A stretch of 64,000 bases of DNA, taken from positions 4,898,001 through 4,962,000 of the forward strand of contig OZ176056.1 in the NCBI GenBank assembly GCA_964247055.1, given 5' to 3'. The notes below the pieces were generated by a model, which did not search any database, was not told the DNA's origin, and saw nothing but the letters and a program-made list of their open reading frames with translations. This document shows, piece after piece, positions 13,357 to 27,700 of the stretch; positions within the stretch are counted from its first letter, which is position 1; every line of letters begins with the position of its first letter. Position numbers and translations under genes: made by a program. The stretch is from Paragordius varius (Eukaryota; Animalia; Nematomorpha).

Positions 13357-14019
13357 TAACCCTGATTAATGTTAGATATTGATTACTTTTTACATAATAC
13401 AGACGAAACTATGCATTAAAACAATTATTTTTAAAATGATCTGAGCCTTAGTTTTATATCAATTCGTTTTTTTAAAATTATGGACTTTAAAATAAAACCT
13501 TTGAAAACAAGGATGGACACCTCATAAATATATATATTTATATAAAATATGCTTTTATAATTATTTTTTACATAATCAATTTTAATTAAATTATATATAA
13601 TTATATATATATATATATATATAATTATATTAACATAAAATAATTATGTATATTAATATTTAAATTTATGCAAAACATTCCTACTTATTTAAAATTAATT
13701 ATGCGGACTAAATATGGAATTGAATGCAAAATTTTTCATCCAAATTTTACTAGAGTCTTCCAAATCTACGAGGCTTGTTTTTGAACCTCTCTTAATTTAA
13801 ATAAATAATTATTCAATATTATTAATGGAAATATTTATGGAACCACAATGGCTAATTTTATCTTTTATATAGTTTTGGAAAAAAGTTATAGAAAGTAAAT
13901 ATCTATAACATTTACAGTTTAATACCATTGAACAATTCAAAGTCACCTTAAAAAAATTGTGTTTTTCAAAATTAAAAATTAGCTATATATATATATTTAA
14001 AAAATGAATTTTCGTTTTA

Positions 14020-14150
14020 TATATAATACTGAAAAAATAATAAACTATGCCATAAGAATATATTTTATATTAATGGAGTTATATTAGCCCCAAAACACAT
14101 TTATTTTTTTAGGGAAAATTTAAATTTTTAAGGTGAATTTGAATTGTAAA
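14020..14150 (+). repeat. Dispersed repeat family, copy 1 (others at ~19395-19510 and ~27235-27355)
   Basis: Shared ATAATACTGAAAAAATA(A)TAA.CTATGCCA...AAAACACA.TTTATTTT.AGGGTGAATTT.AATTG in all three copies. Confidence 0.7.
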
Positions 14151-17100
14151 TGGTATATTATTGTATAACCAATGCGAGTTTTTAGGCGTTTAAATAAATA
14201 CATCAATGTCGTCCTTAGGCTTCTAAAATTAAAAATATGTCCGTCCCCAAATTACAAAATATTTGCAGTTAAATATAATTATTTATCTGAAAATCGGCCG
14301 TTTTTTATATATAACTGAAATAGAATAACTTAAAATGTACAACATATGATCGCATAAAAATATCTATTAATTATTGAAAAAAACCTTGGCGTCAACAATT
14401 CAAAGAAATCCAACTTCATAATGTTTTTACAAAAAAATTTGCTTTCAATTCCAATTTTTGTTGTAATTCATTTAAATTAAAAAATCATTTAAAATTTATT
14501 TTGTGTAAGTGTTTTTAGTTTCACAACGGTTACTCAAAAAATTAGCTATATGCCATATAATTTGGAAAAATGATCTATTTAAAAATGGTTTTTGAAACAT
14601 TAAATTAGTTTTACTTTATAAAAAGGGGTTTTTAAAATGTTCCACTGTATTGTGGATTAGTAAGATCCCCCGCATTCATAGAACATATTTTTTAAAATTT
14701 CATATAAATTATTAGTTTTTTCAACTATATTAATTTTATTAAATTTATAAATTAATATTATTAGACCCTTGGGAAATATGTGATGATATTTTTCCGAAAA
14801 ACCAAAAAAAATATTAATAACAATAATGTTATTAAATCTGAAAAAAATGTATGGTTGTTCTCAAAAGTCCCATACTTGGCAATTTTATATTATATTTTTT
14901 AATTTATATTTGTTCTTTTTAGGTGGTGTGGAATTTTTTTTATTTAAAACGGAAAAAACAATTTTATACAAAAAGGATTAATCAAACACTTTTAAACCTT
15001 TATGTTGCACCTAAAGGTGACATAATTCATACAATGTAATGCCTATAAATAATTAATCCCTTGATAATATTTGTTCTTATATATGACCCAAAGAAAAACT
15101 TATAATTATTTTTTTTTCAAATAAACAATTGTTAAATTTTTAAATTAATAATTTTTAAAGTTTTCATTACTTTAAGGTCTTCTTTAATAGCTGGCAGTCC
15201 TTGTTATTGGATATTTGAGTAAAATAAGTTTGGTAAGATAAGTTAAAGTTTTACTGTTTAGCCTTTTTACCAAATAAAAAATAATGTTGTAAGTCTTTAA
15301 AAAAATTATAATATTTAAAAAAATTATTTTGCCTATAATATAGTATATAGTAGTAAAATAGCATAATTTACAAATGGCTATGATATCGTTCCCGCCTTAT
15401 GAAATGGCCAGTGAAAAATTTTCAAAAATTTGTTTGTCAAATAATATGGAGATGTAACCAAAAAATTAGGGGCTATTTCGTTTAAAATTTTGGTTCAAAT
15501 ATTTTGATTTGCATTTCAAAATGATTGGTAAAAATAATGTTGGATTAGAAAAATGCTTTTGAAAATTGTTGATTTTATATGAAAATACATATGAAAATTA
15601 GATTGAATAACTTCCAAAAGAGATTATGGTAGGTTAATCTTAAATGTTCAAGTCCCAATTAAATGTGGATCTAACTTGAGATGCAAATGATTTATTTTTT
15701 GCGGTATTAAGAGATTATTTGTGACCTACTAGACAGATTGATTATTGATATATCGGTCAAAAGCTCCTAACCATATCTTTAACAATATGTTTATAACAAG
15801 ATCGCAAATTTTACAATGACCATCTTTTAGTTTATAAATTACGCAGACTACAGTCAATCTCTTTTTGTGCGGCGTATTTTCTTTTGTAAGTTGATTTTTT
15901 TTGTTAGTAGGACAAATAAAATTTTTTATTGACAACATCATACATAATTATTGTAATATAATTTATCCCTTAAAACTTGACAAAAAATAAAGGGTAACGT
16001 TTTATTTAGCTGTACAACTGCCGTTTTAACTGATTTTGCATAATATGCAAAACATTTTTCTCCAGAATATTTTCCCTCACAGGAAAAGTTTTATAATGTT
16101 TAACACTACATTACCTTTTGGGGAAGTTTTGATTGATATTCTTATTTTTAAAAAAACATGTTTTAAGCAATTTAAATATGTTTAATTGTCATTATTTTCT
16201 TTAATTTTTAATCATTAACACAACTATAAAAAAGAAATATTATGGTAAGACAATGTCGTTAATCACTTTGTAAATTTTTTAAGTTACATTTCAACGATAA
16301 AAATTCATTATTAATTGATTTTATGAGCTTCAATTATGGTTAGAAGCTGTCCGAATTCGGGATTCTAGAGATAAAATGAAAAATATAATTTTTTAACTAA
16401 TACAGGAGAACACTGTTTCACAATTATGTACTAACCGAAACAACATTTGAAACAGTTTTTGAGATAATTACCCCGAAACGTAATAGTCTAAAAATGAAAA
16501 GGTATAAGTTAATATTAAAATGTAATTTATTTTTTGTTAAATTTTTATGCGGGCGTACTGCACTAACAGCGCTTTAACTTAAAATTATATATATTTTATA
16601 ATTTTAAACCTGTTGATGGCGCGGTTCCCGTTTTAAAAACGGTTATTGAATACAATGTTCACTTTATTTGTGATTTATTTTATTTAAGTTGTTTGGTTAA
16701 TTTTTAACAAAAATTTGCTGATTACAATTTTTTTGGCAGATTTAAAATAAATAAAATTAAAATCAGCCTTCGACCAGAATAGGAATTAATAATAACTTGA
16801 TTTGCCTAGCTAACTGTTTTCTTATTCCAATTCCTTGATCGCTCATTATAATACAAATTTTTAGTAACATGAATTAAATTTTTATGAATTATTTATAATA
16901 ACAAATAATATTTTATGGCACTCTATGGACCTATATTAAAATTTACAATAAGTAACCGTATTTTTAGAAGATATTAATTATCATATATTTTATAAACCTT
17001 TCCGTTATCGATTGCAGTTTTTTATTAAACAAGGACGGGACGGGTGAATATTGTATCTCACCATTTTTTGGCGTTCTAGTGTTACAAAAAACGCCGTTTT

Positions 17101-19222
17101 TAAAAATAAAATGCTTATTATATTAAAATGTAAATCAATTTTTTTAAACCAATTATTGCTGTATTATTGATCAAAAATTTCCGAAAAACAACCACAATTT
17201 TATTGACAGTTAACATCCTTGTAAAAAATTGTATTTATATAAAATTTATGAATATATAATAAAGAGTTAAAATACATATATTTTGTAAATAATTTTGGAT
17301 CATTAAAATTTATTTCCTTAGTTATAAAAGTAAGCGAACAAACACAGTTGTTAAATCATTTTAAAATTAAAACAAAAATCTATAATTTTTATTGATATAT
17401 ATTTATATAACTGTAATATTTTTATCTTAATATTTTATTTATATATATATATATATATATATTCTATTGATTCCGTTATTTTTTATATTTTCATTTTTAT
17501 TATTTCAAAAGTGATAAGCTATCAATCATAAAAAGAAGAATTTTGAATGGCTCATAAAATTCAACATATTTATTAAAATAAAATATTTTTCATGATAAAA
17601 AAATTAAAAAATAAAAATAATTAGAATTTTTTTCATTTATTTAATTTAAAAAATATTTTTAAAAAGAGTTGTTCGGAAAAATTCCTACTATACCCCCTAA
17701 TTAACCTCAAACTATCAACATATATTTTTCCATAATCATTTTATTTTATCAATTTTTTTAATATTTTTTATATTATTGTTAACTTTTATTTATTATCCAT
17801 ACATTTTTATAAGTTTTATATATTTTAAATACAAAATAATTTATAAATATCGATAACGATGATTAATTAAAACTGGCTGCAAAGCAATTTTTAATAATTT
17901 TTTTACAATATATATATATATAATAAAAATTATATGTTTCTTTAATAAACAAATCATAGTCCTTTTTGTATTAAATATATTTTTGTCATTTTTGAGTAAT
18001 TTTATGATAATATAATTATTCACCTATCCAAGAATACATGTGAAACCATTCCTCACCTAAATAAGTATATAAATATTAAATTGCATTACCAAATCTCAAA
18101 TTTACGATTCTGAAAAAAATATGTACATAATATTTTTATTTTCCAAAAGTCAATTTTACAGTTATAACTGCTGTCTATCACTCTATCTATACTTATTTAT
18201 ATGTATATCATATAATCAAAATTAATTATGGTTAGAAATATAATCATTATGTATGTTAAAGTTTATTATAGATATGTTTATTTATTTAAAGGGTACAAAA
18301 AATGTGATTAACCGGTTTTGGGCATATATTTATTCATTTATTGTACTGATACAATTATAGATTAATTTATTTATATCTAGTCAAATATAAAATTTCTACT
18401 GACCCGATTTGCTTAAGTTTGGCCTTAATAAAAGAAAAATATTTTATACGCAGAAATACAAAGCAATTCATTTACCGAAAACCATAATATCAAATCTATT
18501 CTGTAAAAAAATCCTCCTATGGTTAAAATATTTGACAACAAATATATTTTTTCAGATGAGAAAATTGTGTAAACTCAAATTATAGATAATGCTAAATATA
18601 ATGATAAAATTATGATATGTCGAGTTAAATTTTAGCGTTTGTTTACATATGTAGAGCTCCCGCTTGATTTTGTCTTTATATAAAAAAACCAGTTATAACT
18701 GGAAAAAAGTGACTCGGTCCCTACTTAATTAATTAATTTAATTTGAATATAAATATAGGCAAATATTTGCCTTTTACACTCACCAAATTACAAAATTAGA
18801 TTTCAATGCTGCAGATTTATGATGGCTATTATAATCAAATATTTCAATTTTTATCGATACATACATATATAAAATTACTAAAAAGATATTATTGATAAAT
18901 TTTTATATTTTTTTTATAAATTATAACCTAAAAAATTTTTTTGTTTTCAATAAATATTATAGTTAGTTAGTTAGTTATACTAAAGTAAATATTGGTGATT
19001 TTTCATATTTTTTGTGATATAACAACACAACAGTCACTGACTGCAATAATAATAATTTTAATCATATTTATTTTATACAATATATTTTTGCAATAAAGTA
19101 TTTGATCTATTTTTTGGGCTACGAAATATTTCAAATCAATACCTATAATATCCTTTATACATCACATATTTACTACGATTCGCCCAAGAAATCAAGGTTA
19201 TATGATATATTTTAATAATTTG

Positions 19223-19225
<3 letters not shown>

Positions 19226-19262
<37 letters not shown>
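19226..19262. repeat. (TA)n microsatellite (further tracts near 13335, 13605, 17445, 20685, 29550, 38190, 38399-38442, 62800, 63885)
   Basis: Pure TA dinucleotide runs seen directly. Confidence 0.95.
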
Positions 19263-19267
<5 letters not shown>

Positions 19268-19394
19268 ATATATAATTTACACTTTTTGAATTAACCCGCA
19301 AATAATTCCAATTGACCCTAAAATAAATTATCTGTTTTTTAAGATTGAAAAATACTTAGATATTTTTTTAAAAAATGGGAAATTTTGTTTCAAA

Positions 19395-19510
19395 TTAAAA
19401 TAATACTGAAAAAATATAAACTATGCCAACAAGATATATTTCATATGGGTTAAATCAGCCTGAAAACACATAATTTATTTTTAGGGTGAATTTAAATTGT
19501 TCAAGGGTCA
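19395..19510 (+). repeat. Dispersed repeat family, copy 2
   Basis: Aligns with 14020-14150 and 27235-27355. Confidence 0.7.
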
Positions 19511-20675
19511 ATTTGATTCTTAAATGGTATATTTATATATAACGCTGTGTTTCTTAGCCCCAAAAACTTATTTATTACATGAAACCCTTAGAATATGGTG
19601 GTAGAAACTCATTTTGTGGGGTTAGTTTTCATTTTTTCTTTTTACACACGATGAGTCTGGTTTGATATTTTAAGTAAGCCGAATCAATAATTTTTTTCAA
19701 ATTTACTTAATAAAATGCTCAAAAGTTTAAAGAGAGTTATTATATACTAAAATTAGCAAAAATCATTAAAATGAACTATTTGAGTATTAAAAACGCTGCA
19801 TTTTCACCGGACAATATTTAAAGGATTAATTATGTTTGAAATATCATCTTAGATTGGATAGATTTTGATAATTAATTCATATTTAATTTTCTGTCAAAAT
19901 TTTTTTTTGAAAAATTTTTTTATTCGTGGCGAAAGCGGTTTTAAACTAATTATGGGTTCATTAGAAATTAGCGCAAAAATATGGCTATAAAATCATTATT
20001 GATCATTACTACTAGAAAATATATAATCGGTTAAAATTCTGGATTAAATTTAGTGTATTTATAAATATTACATTTTTTTAAATATTTGAACTTTTGTAAA
20101 TTTTAACTTTGAAATAGGTGGCAATAGCATGCTATTTCAGTTTAGTTAGCGTTTTAAAATAAGAATAGATTATAAGCATTTTTTCTATGAAAATAAGAGA
20201 ATAACGGTACCGTAACTATTGGTTTTTAAATTTTTTAAAGCCAATTCTATTTTACAAAAACCGGTTGTGTAATCGTTATAAATCCAATGAACTGTAAATG
20301 AAATCAATAAACTTTAAAAATATCTTGTAAATATTTTTTTCCCCATTATCTTAGCATAATGGTGCTCGCGAAAAATTAGAATTTAATTTTTAAAAATATG
20401 CCCAGAAAATTTTTGCAAAATGGATATTTTTTATACAAATTTGTTCAAAGAATTTTATCATATTTGCAATAACTAGAGAAAAAAAAGTTATTTATAGATT
20501 TAAATATGACATATAATAAATAATTACAAATGCCCATATAATTTCAAGTGCGGCCCGCCGTTAACCCCTAAAAGTAACATTTATATTGTTGTAAAGTTTT
20601 CGAAAAAAGCTGTCTGTTGAGTCTCAGGTCATTTTTTTCTGAAATATCATCAAATAGTAGTTTATAATTTTAGAA

Positions 20676-20714
<39 letters not shown>

Positions 20715-22554
20715 ATTTAATTTATTATACTTACTTTAAACAAAATATTATTAATATCATTTATATGTCAAATTAAATTAAGGAAATTATGTCTCTAATA
20801 TATAAATATTTGTATAAATATCTACATTTGGATATAATTATATATGCCTACTTATTTAAAGCAAATTATACTTATATACTTTATTAATATGGAAAATAAA
20901 TGCAGAAACACGGATTTTTTATACGAGAAATTAATATTAAATATTAATTTTTTGAATATCAAAATAATATTTTTAATATTCATCATTTATATATATTATA
21001 TATATATAAATATATATATTAAATAAAAATTTTTGTCGACTTTTATCAATAATTTATATTTATTTACAAAAAAATATTTAGGAATAATTTTGGCAGTAAG
21101 GGAGAGAACCCCCTTGATGTTAGAGTGATCGAAAAATACATACATGGCTTATAATTTTAAAAAATATTCTAATTATGCATACATAATATTTCATATTTCA
21201 GATTTGTTTAAACGTAAACTTAACTATATAGATCTTATTTTCAAATCGGTAAGCAGCCTAAGCTAAATAGATTTCGCTTTTATTTTAGCAAAAAAGTTTT
21301 ATAAAGGGCTAATTAGGTTATATATTTTAAAAATGACCATTTCAGTTGTTTGCTAGAAATATTTTTTTTGAGATTCAATAATGAAATATAAATATGGCAG
21401 TTAAAAATGCGTTTTTTTCCTACAAAAATAATTTGTAAACTACAAAACCAATATATATGATCACACACTGGTAGATATATATATTAAATAAATTATTAAT
21501 AAGGCTTTTTTCATCCACGGATAATATATTCTTGCCATTTTTGTTTTAGAAAATTAATAATTATAATAATAATAAATAAATTTGAATGACAATTTTATGC
21601 CTAATAAATATTATTATTATTAGGCATATTCCAAATTAGGCATTTATTTCACCTGTATTATTTTAATATATCAAATTTAATGGACTTGATGATATGACTA
21701 AGTATATTAAATTATATTATACGTAATATAAATATTTTGAATAAAAATAATGAAAAAAAAATAATTCTATGACAAGTTAAAATTTGTTCTATGCATATTA
21801 ATGAAGAGGAGTCTAATTTTTTGGCTTCTTTCAAAAAAAATATAATCTAAAATTTTTTATTATTCACGACTCACACCTTTCTTTATATTTTATTCTCTTC
21901 TATTCTATGATAAAATTTGCTTCCTTGCTTGCTTGCTTGGTGCTTTTTCAATTTTAGATCTAACTCCTCATTAATTATTAATCAGAATAAGGGTATAATA
22001 AAAATTTTTTATATATATTTAGTATAAATTAAATATAAATTATATAATTATAATTTATAAATATTATATTTTTTGGAACGAAATATTCAAACAAAAAGAA
22101 ACTACATATATACTTCGAATAAATTTTCTTTATAATTTTGGCATCAATTTTGCTTTATAAACCTTTCCATGTATAAGCTTGGATGAAGTGGGGGTCATAG
22201 GTCTCCATACACAATTCTTAGTTCATTATATATAATAATAATATAAGTATAATAAATTTGAATTTATAATTATATTAAATTTTTACCTGTATACATATTT
22301 ATAATGTGCTTAGCTAAAATGAATAGTAAATGAGTATATATGTATAACATAAAGGCTGACAAATATTAATTATTAATTAATTTTGGTATTATAAATTTGA
22401 CGCGATGGTTATTACTTTTGTTATAATTCGCTTGAATTCACAAGCTTAATTAATTATTAACATTATATATTTTTTAGCGTATTCTGAAACGAACTTTTTA
22501 TCATATACAGTTTAAAGTCTTTTTTCCTTTAATATATTAAAGGGTAAGGATTTA

Positions 22555-22945
22555 AATAGTGTCCGAGCTTGTGAAAGCTTTAACACTCGCCTGCCCGGGC
22601 AGAGGCGTAGCTTGCATTTCTGGCCGGTGTCTGAATCCATGATGGCGCCATCTCCCCTTCCATGCGACCCCTTGCATTCAAATAAAATAATCAAATTGCC
22701 AGACCATTCATAAATGGGTTTTTTTCATGTATAATAAATTTCAAAAACCTATTTTTTTTTAATAAAAATAATTTTTTTTAACATCAGGCCCTTCAACTAT
22801 GCCTTGCATCAGCCCCCCTTTCCCCTTCTAGCCTCGCCTCTGGACCCAGGGCAGACAGTGATGATGAAAAAATTGCGTAGTTTCGGGGTTCAAACTCTGG
22901 CACATAGTGCAAGAGTTCCGCGCCCTACCTACTATACCATAAAAT
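22555..22945 (-). mobile_element. Candidate tRNA-derived SINE, interrupted by a MITE
   Basis: Minus strand TGGTATAGTAGG (A-box-like, ~22939-22928) and GAGTTTGAACCCC (B-box-like with C>T decay, ~22897-22885) at Pol III spacing. A GC-rich body follows on both sides of the 22600-22842 insert. Only one copy was seen in the window. Confidence 0.4.
22600..22842. mobile_element. 243-bp hAT-type MITE
   Basis: TIRs CAGAGGCGTAGCTTG vs CAGAGGCGAGGCTAG (12/15, first 8 identical). The 8-bp flanks TGCCCGGG / GACCCAGG match only 5/8, so the TSD is imperfect. Confidence 0.55.
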
Positions 22946-24760
22946 CTGTTTTTCACGCTATGCTTTATTAACTTTCCGATCTCCTCTGAGTAATATTTAA
23001 TAAAAAAAATTATCAGTGCCGACCATTTACTTTATAACGCTAAGTGCCTTATGTTAATTAACATCGGTTAATATTAATGTTTTAAATGGCTGAAATATAT
23101 TATGACTTTCATAAAGTACGAATATTCTAATCTATCTCAAGAAATTTTTAAAACCGTAAAGCTAAAAATAGAGAGGAGCAAAATACAGCCATTTGAGTCG
23201 GCTCCTTCGCAAACCATAAAACTGTAACTGGTTATTAATGCATTAATGATAGTGACTGAGACACTTTTTATATAAAAATGACCAGTCAAACCTTTTTAAA
23301 CATGTGCCTAACACCTGAGTGATAGAGTGAAAAAAATGGTGTTAACACTTAAATGCTAATTTGTTAAACTTCCTAATTGTTTATTATTTTAAAGAACACA
23401 CATATTTTAAAGGAATTAAATTAGATTGATCAATTTCGTTTTATTTAGTTGCTTGCAATATATATTTCTTATTCAATGTGGTAATTTACTGGATATTATA
23501 ATATAAAACCCTAATATTACTATTTGATTCATATGATATTGAACATTTTTTTGTCAAATCGTGAAATACTATAAGAATTGCCATTTTATTTATTGTCCTA
23601 GAGTTATATACAGATCTGGTTGCATATTTTATGCTTAATAGAGGCGATCTTTAAAAATTGTACAAAATTATTTTTATTAATCTACAAAAAAGACAATAAA
23701 AATGATAATTTTATATTTATTACTATACATTATTATTATTATTATTAAAGAGCAAAATTGATTTACCAAAAAAAACTTAATCCTCCTTTTTGAAATAATT
23801 TGAAATTGAATATATAGAAATTATTTTATATTAGAAGCTCGCCCAGGCTAGGCTAGGCAGTAATAACATAATAATTTATAATTTATAATCAAAACTTTAT
23901 ATTTATAAGGGGATATAGAAAAAATTAATCCTGCTTTATAGTAATAAATAATTTTTTTTATTCGCAAAATTAATTCTAAAAAATATTATTACCAAATTTC
24001 AAATTATGTATGGCTTAAACTTTTTGAACAATAGGCCGATATTTATATTTTTATTAAATTGTATATTATTAATTTAACATGTATCATATTAAATGTTGTC
24101 TCTAATCAAAAAATTAATAAATACAATATTATAGTTAGAAAATCAATTTTTATTTGTTTGATTATTAGTTTACATTTTTTTTGCATTTTGAGACAAAAAC
24201 AAATATTAAAATTTTATCTCTATTAATATATCAATATTTTAATATAGTTAAATGTGTTTTAATTTTAAAATTTAGTTTTTATGCTTTTTCCTAATTAGGT
24301 TGAAATAAATTTTTTTATGTATAACGAAATAAAAATACTTAGACAATGAAAACCATCTCTTTGTTAAATATTTAAATAATTTTTTTAAATATTTATAAAT
24401 AATATTTATATATATATTTTGCATAACTAACGGTATGCATTTTTTAAAAACTGTATAATATTTAAATTTATTTTTGAATAAATTATTTAAATATATATTT
24501 ATATCAATAATATATATTAAATATTTCAATAAAAATGTATATTTAGGTCATATTTAAAAATCAATCATATATAATATTTTATGGATTTTTAGAAACTATC
24601 GGAAAGAATAGCACAAATTCAATCGCTAAATGCAGAAAAATTATTGCAAAATTATGATTGATTTTCTTAACATATAAAGCTATAAAAATCAAATATATCG
24701 GAATTTAAAGCGACACACTGTTAATAAAATACAAAATTTTTGACTTTAAAATCAACTCAA

Positions 24761-27700
24761 ATGCACAGCGAAGAGCAAACCACCTATTATTCCAGGATAG
24801 GGAATGGGATGATGAATACTTTAGGCATGTTTCAAAATTTTGAGCCAAACAAAACTCGTCAAATTGATAATTTTCCGAACCCCAAAAACGTGAATTTAAA
24901 ACAGCCACAATCAGCCCAAGAAATTACGCAACAACAATTAACGGAAGACAATAATAATTTTTTGGAGGGTATGCTCAAACAGCTCTTTCCCAATGGCGGA
25001 TTAACGCCCGAAGTAGCACAAAAACTTCAGGAGGAACATGCAGCTTTTTTCAATGATCTCAAGCGTTACAACCAATGCCCTTTTTGTGGCAAGGTTATGT
25101 GCAGTGAATCATCGCTAAAAGTTCATATTAGATCACATACTGGGGAAAAACCATTTGTGTGTAGAGTTTGTGGATCCTGTTTCACTACCAAGGGAAATCT
25201 TAAGGTAAAAATATGATGTGTTTATATTATTTGTTCATAGGAAGTTTTTTTGATATTTTTAGTAGTTACTTTATTGCGATTTTCAAAAGTAAGTTTTTTG
25301 CAGTATCTAATATAGAGTTAGCGTAAGAAAAGCCTATCATTAAATTTAAACAAGTAGTTTCGAATATGTGCTTGACCAATTTATTTAATAATGATATGTC
25401 ATTTAGCAAACTAATTTGATACTTTTAGGCACACGCTTTAAGGCATCAGGAGGAAAACCTTTTTCTAAACTCGACAGTTATTTCTAAACACACGTTTTCC
25501 AATACTTCTTCTAACAATGCTACAAAGCCAATAAAATCTTATAATCACATTGATACATTTTTAAAAGAGAGTCCTTTATCAGAACAACCAAATACATTAA
25601 TTGATTGCAATAAACATTCTGACAACAAAGATACATTGCAAAAATTGGCTGATGAAACAAAATATATACCGATATCATCTCGAAAAATGTCACACAGTTT
25701 GATGGAAAATACTTCGTTACACGATTCTATACATGAGAACAAATTAGCTTCTAATACCTGCTTCGATAACAATGTTAACAATTGTTTTATTGGCTCTAAC
25801 GTTTTACCCACTAATTTAAACGCGCACCCAAATTATATGTTATTATACAATCAATGGTTTGCAAATTATTATTACAATAATCCACCAAACTTTCTACCTT
25901 TGTCTCATCATATTCCCCCTAACTTAACTAATACAGAAAAAATTGACAACACTCTCCAAAAATCTGTAGATACGATTGATCCCAATGAGAAACAACACTT
26001 GATTATTTTAAGTATATAATATTTTCGTAAGATGCATAAAAAAGGTAAGTAACAAAATCTAAATAGACCAACATTCATTCTATATAATTTTTTTCCAAGT
26101 CTGTTATTTATCAAATCTTAAACCTCATCCTAAATTTTTTGGCGCAAATTATATAGGTATATTTAAAATCTATAGTTAAAAAGGTATTTTTATTTATATT
26201 ATTTGATTGGATAAAATTAACCATAGTTAAACTTTAGTATAACTGATAAACCAAATGAGATAATCAAATTAACAGAATTTTAAAAAACCTAACAATCTAT
26301 TTTTTTAACTATAATTTTGATATAATTTAATATTACATAAATTGGACTAATCTTTTATTAAAAAAAAATACCTGAATTATAAAAAATTCTTAATCTATTA
26401 TTCATTTTTAGTTAATAATGTTTTGCGTTTTAAGATCGTTCTAAGAAAGGCACAAACGTTGGACGCAATTTATCCTTGTTCAAAAAAATTAAATCCCGCC
26501 ACTTGCTGTTTAAAACATCCAAGTCAAAAAAACTACGTTGGAAACATAAATGTCAGGTAAAATATATTATTTTTATCATAAAATATATTTAAAAGCGAAG
26601 ATGGTCACTTTAGGGGATGAAATCAAACGAGACACTCGTAAAATAATTAACTCTTTGATTGAAACATTTCATAAAATAATGTTTTCGACTTTATGTAATC
26701 ATAGAATGAATAAACACTTCTATATTGTGTAGATAACGACCTCAAAGCGATTTTAAATTTAACTACATCGAAATATGATAACGAGCAAAATATAGTTATC
26801 CAAAAAATATAAAATTTTATTTTGGAAATATTATAGGATTGACTCGCGAGAGTTTCCAATCCAACTGCATAAGTTATACACCATTACTGTCAGCCTTGAA
26901 AATCAAGTGTTTAAAAATTTTTAGGAGTTTTTAATTTAAGCCAATTTTTTAAATAAACAAACAAGAAACTGTATAATAATTTTCCCAATTGAAAATAATT
27001 ATCTATAACTTTTTGCCGCTATTTTTTAGTTACTTGGACAAACGCTCATAAATGTTTCACCCAAATTAAACATCAAGATAAATTTAAATATTGAATTAAT
27101 ATGCAACCTAATATTTCATACCTAGTTTACCCCACGTTTTATTGCCAGAAAATAACCATGGCCCTTTTTAAATCACATATATAAACAATTTATACTTAGG
27201 TTATATTGCTGTCATTCTGATATAATTTATTTTAAATTAAAATAATACTGAAAAAATAATAACCTATGCCATAATATATTTTATAATAATAATGAGTTAT
27301 ATTAGTTCGAAAACACAATTTATTTTAGGGTGAATTTGAATTGTTCAAGGGTAACTATAAATTATATAACTATTAGCCAAAAATCGTCACCATTAAATAC
27401 ATATTTTGATTAGACACCACTTAAATTTTGGACCCTTTTAAAATGGGTTATATTAATTGAAAGGAACGCTATGAAAAAAATTATTAAATGAAATGCATAA
27501 TTTGCCTAAAAATTGTAAATTTTGGTCCGTATGTCTGAAACTTTGATAGTCGAAACAGTTTAACAACATTTTAGATGAAAAGACCTTTTTATAAATTTAC
27601 TCTATCGACTTAAATGATCACTGAATATTTAGGTTCTGTAATTACATCTGACAAGTTCAGATCCCGACATACGAGCACGTCTTGTATTAGGGCGCGCTAT

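Noticed and set aside
22884-22945. Functional tRNA gene
   Set aside because: A/B-box-like motifs are present but no acceptor or anticodon stems could be folded; treated as a SINE head instead.
1-24590. Short AT-rich ORFs of 60-90 aa outside the transposon remnants
   Set aside because: They have I/K/Y/F/N-biased composition typical of random AT-rich frames, often non-ATG starts, and no motifs or splice-phase support.
26012-26031. 20-nt GT-AG micro-intron (a similar 20-mer lies at 62097-62116 on minus)
   Set aside because: Removing either one leads to stops within a few codons, and all supported introns here are ~80 nt or longer.
26012-26044. Programmed +1 frameshift or assembly indel giving a CIKK|HC finger by direct splicing 26044 to 30345
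   Set aside because: Exon 26435-26556 explains the frame without recoding and gives a more canonical HKCQ|HC finger.
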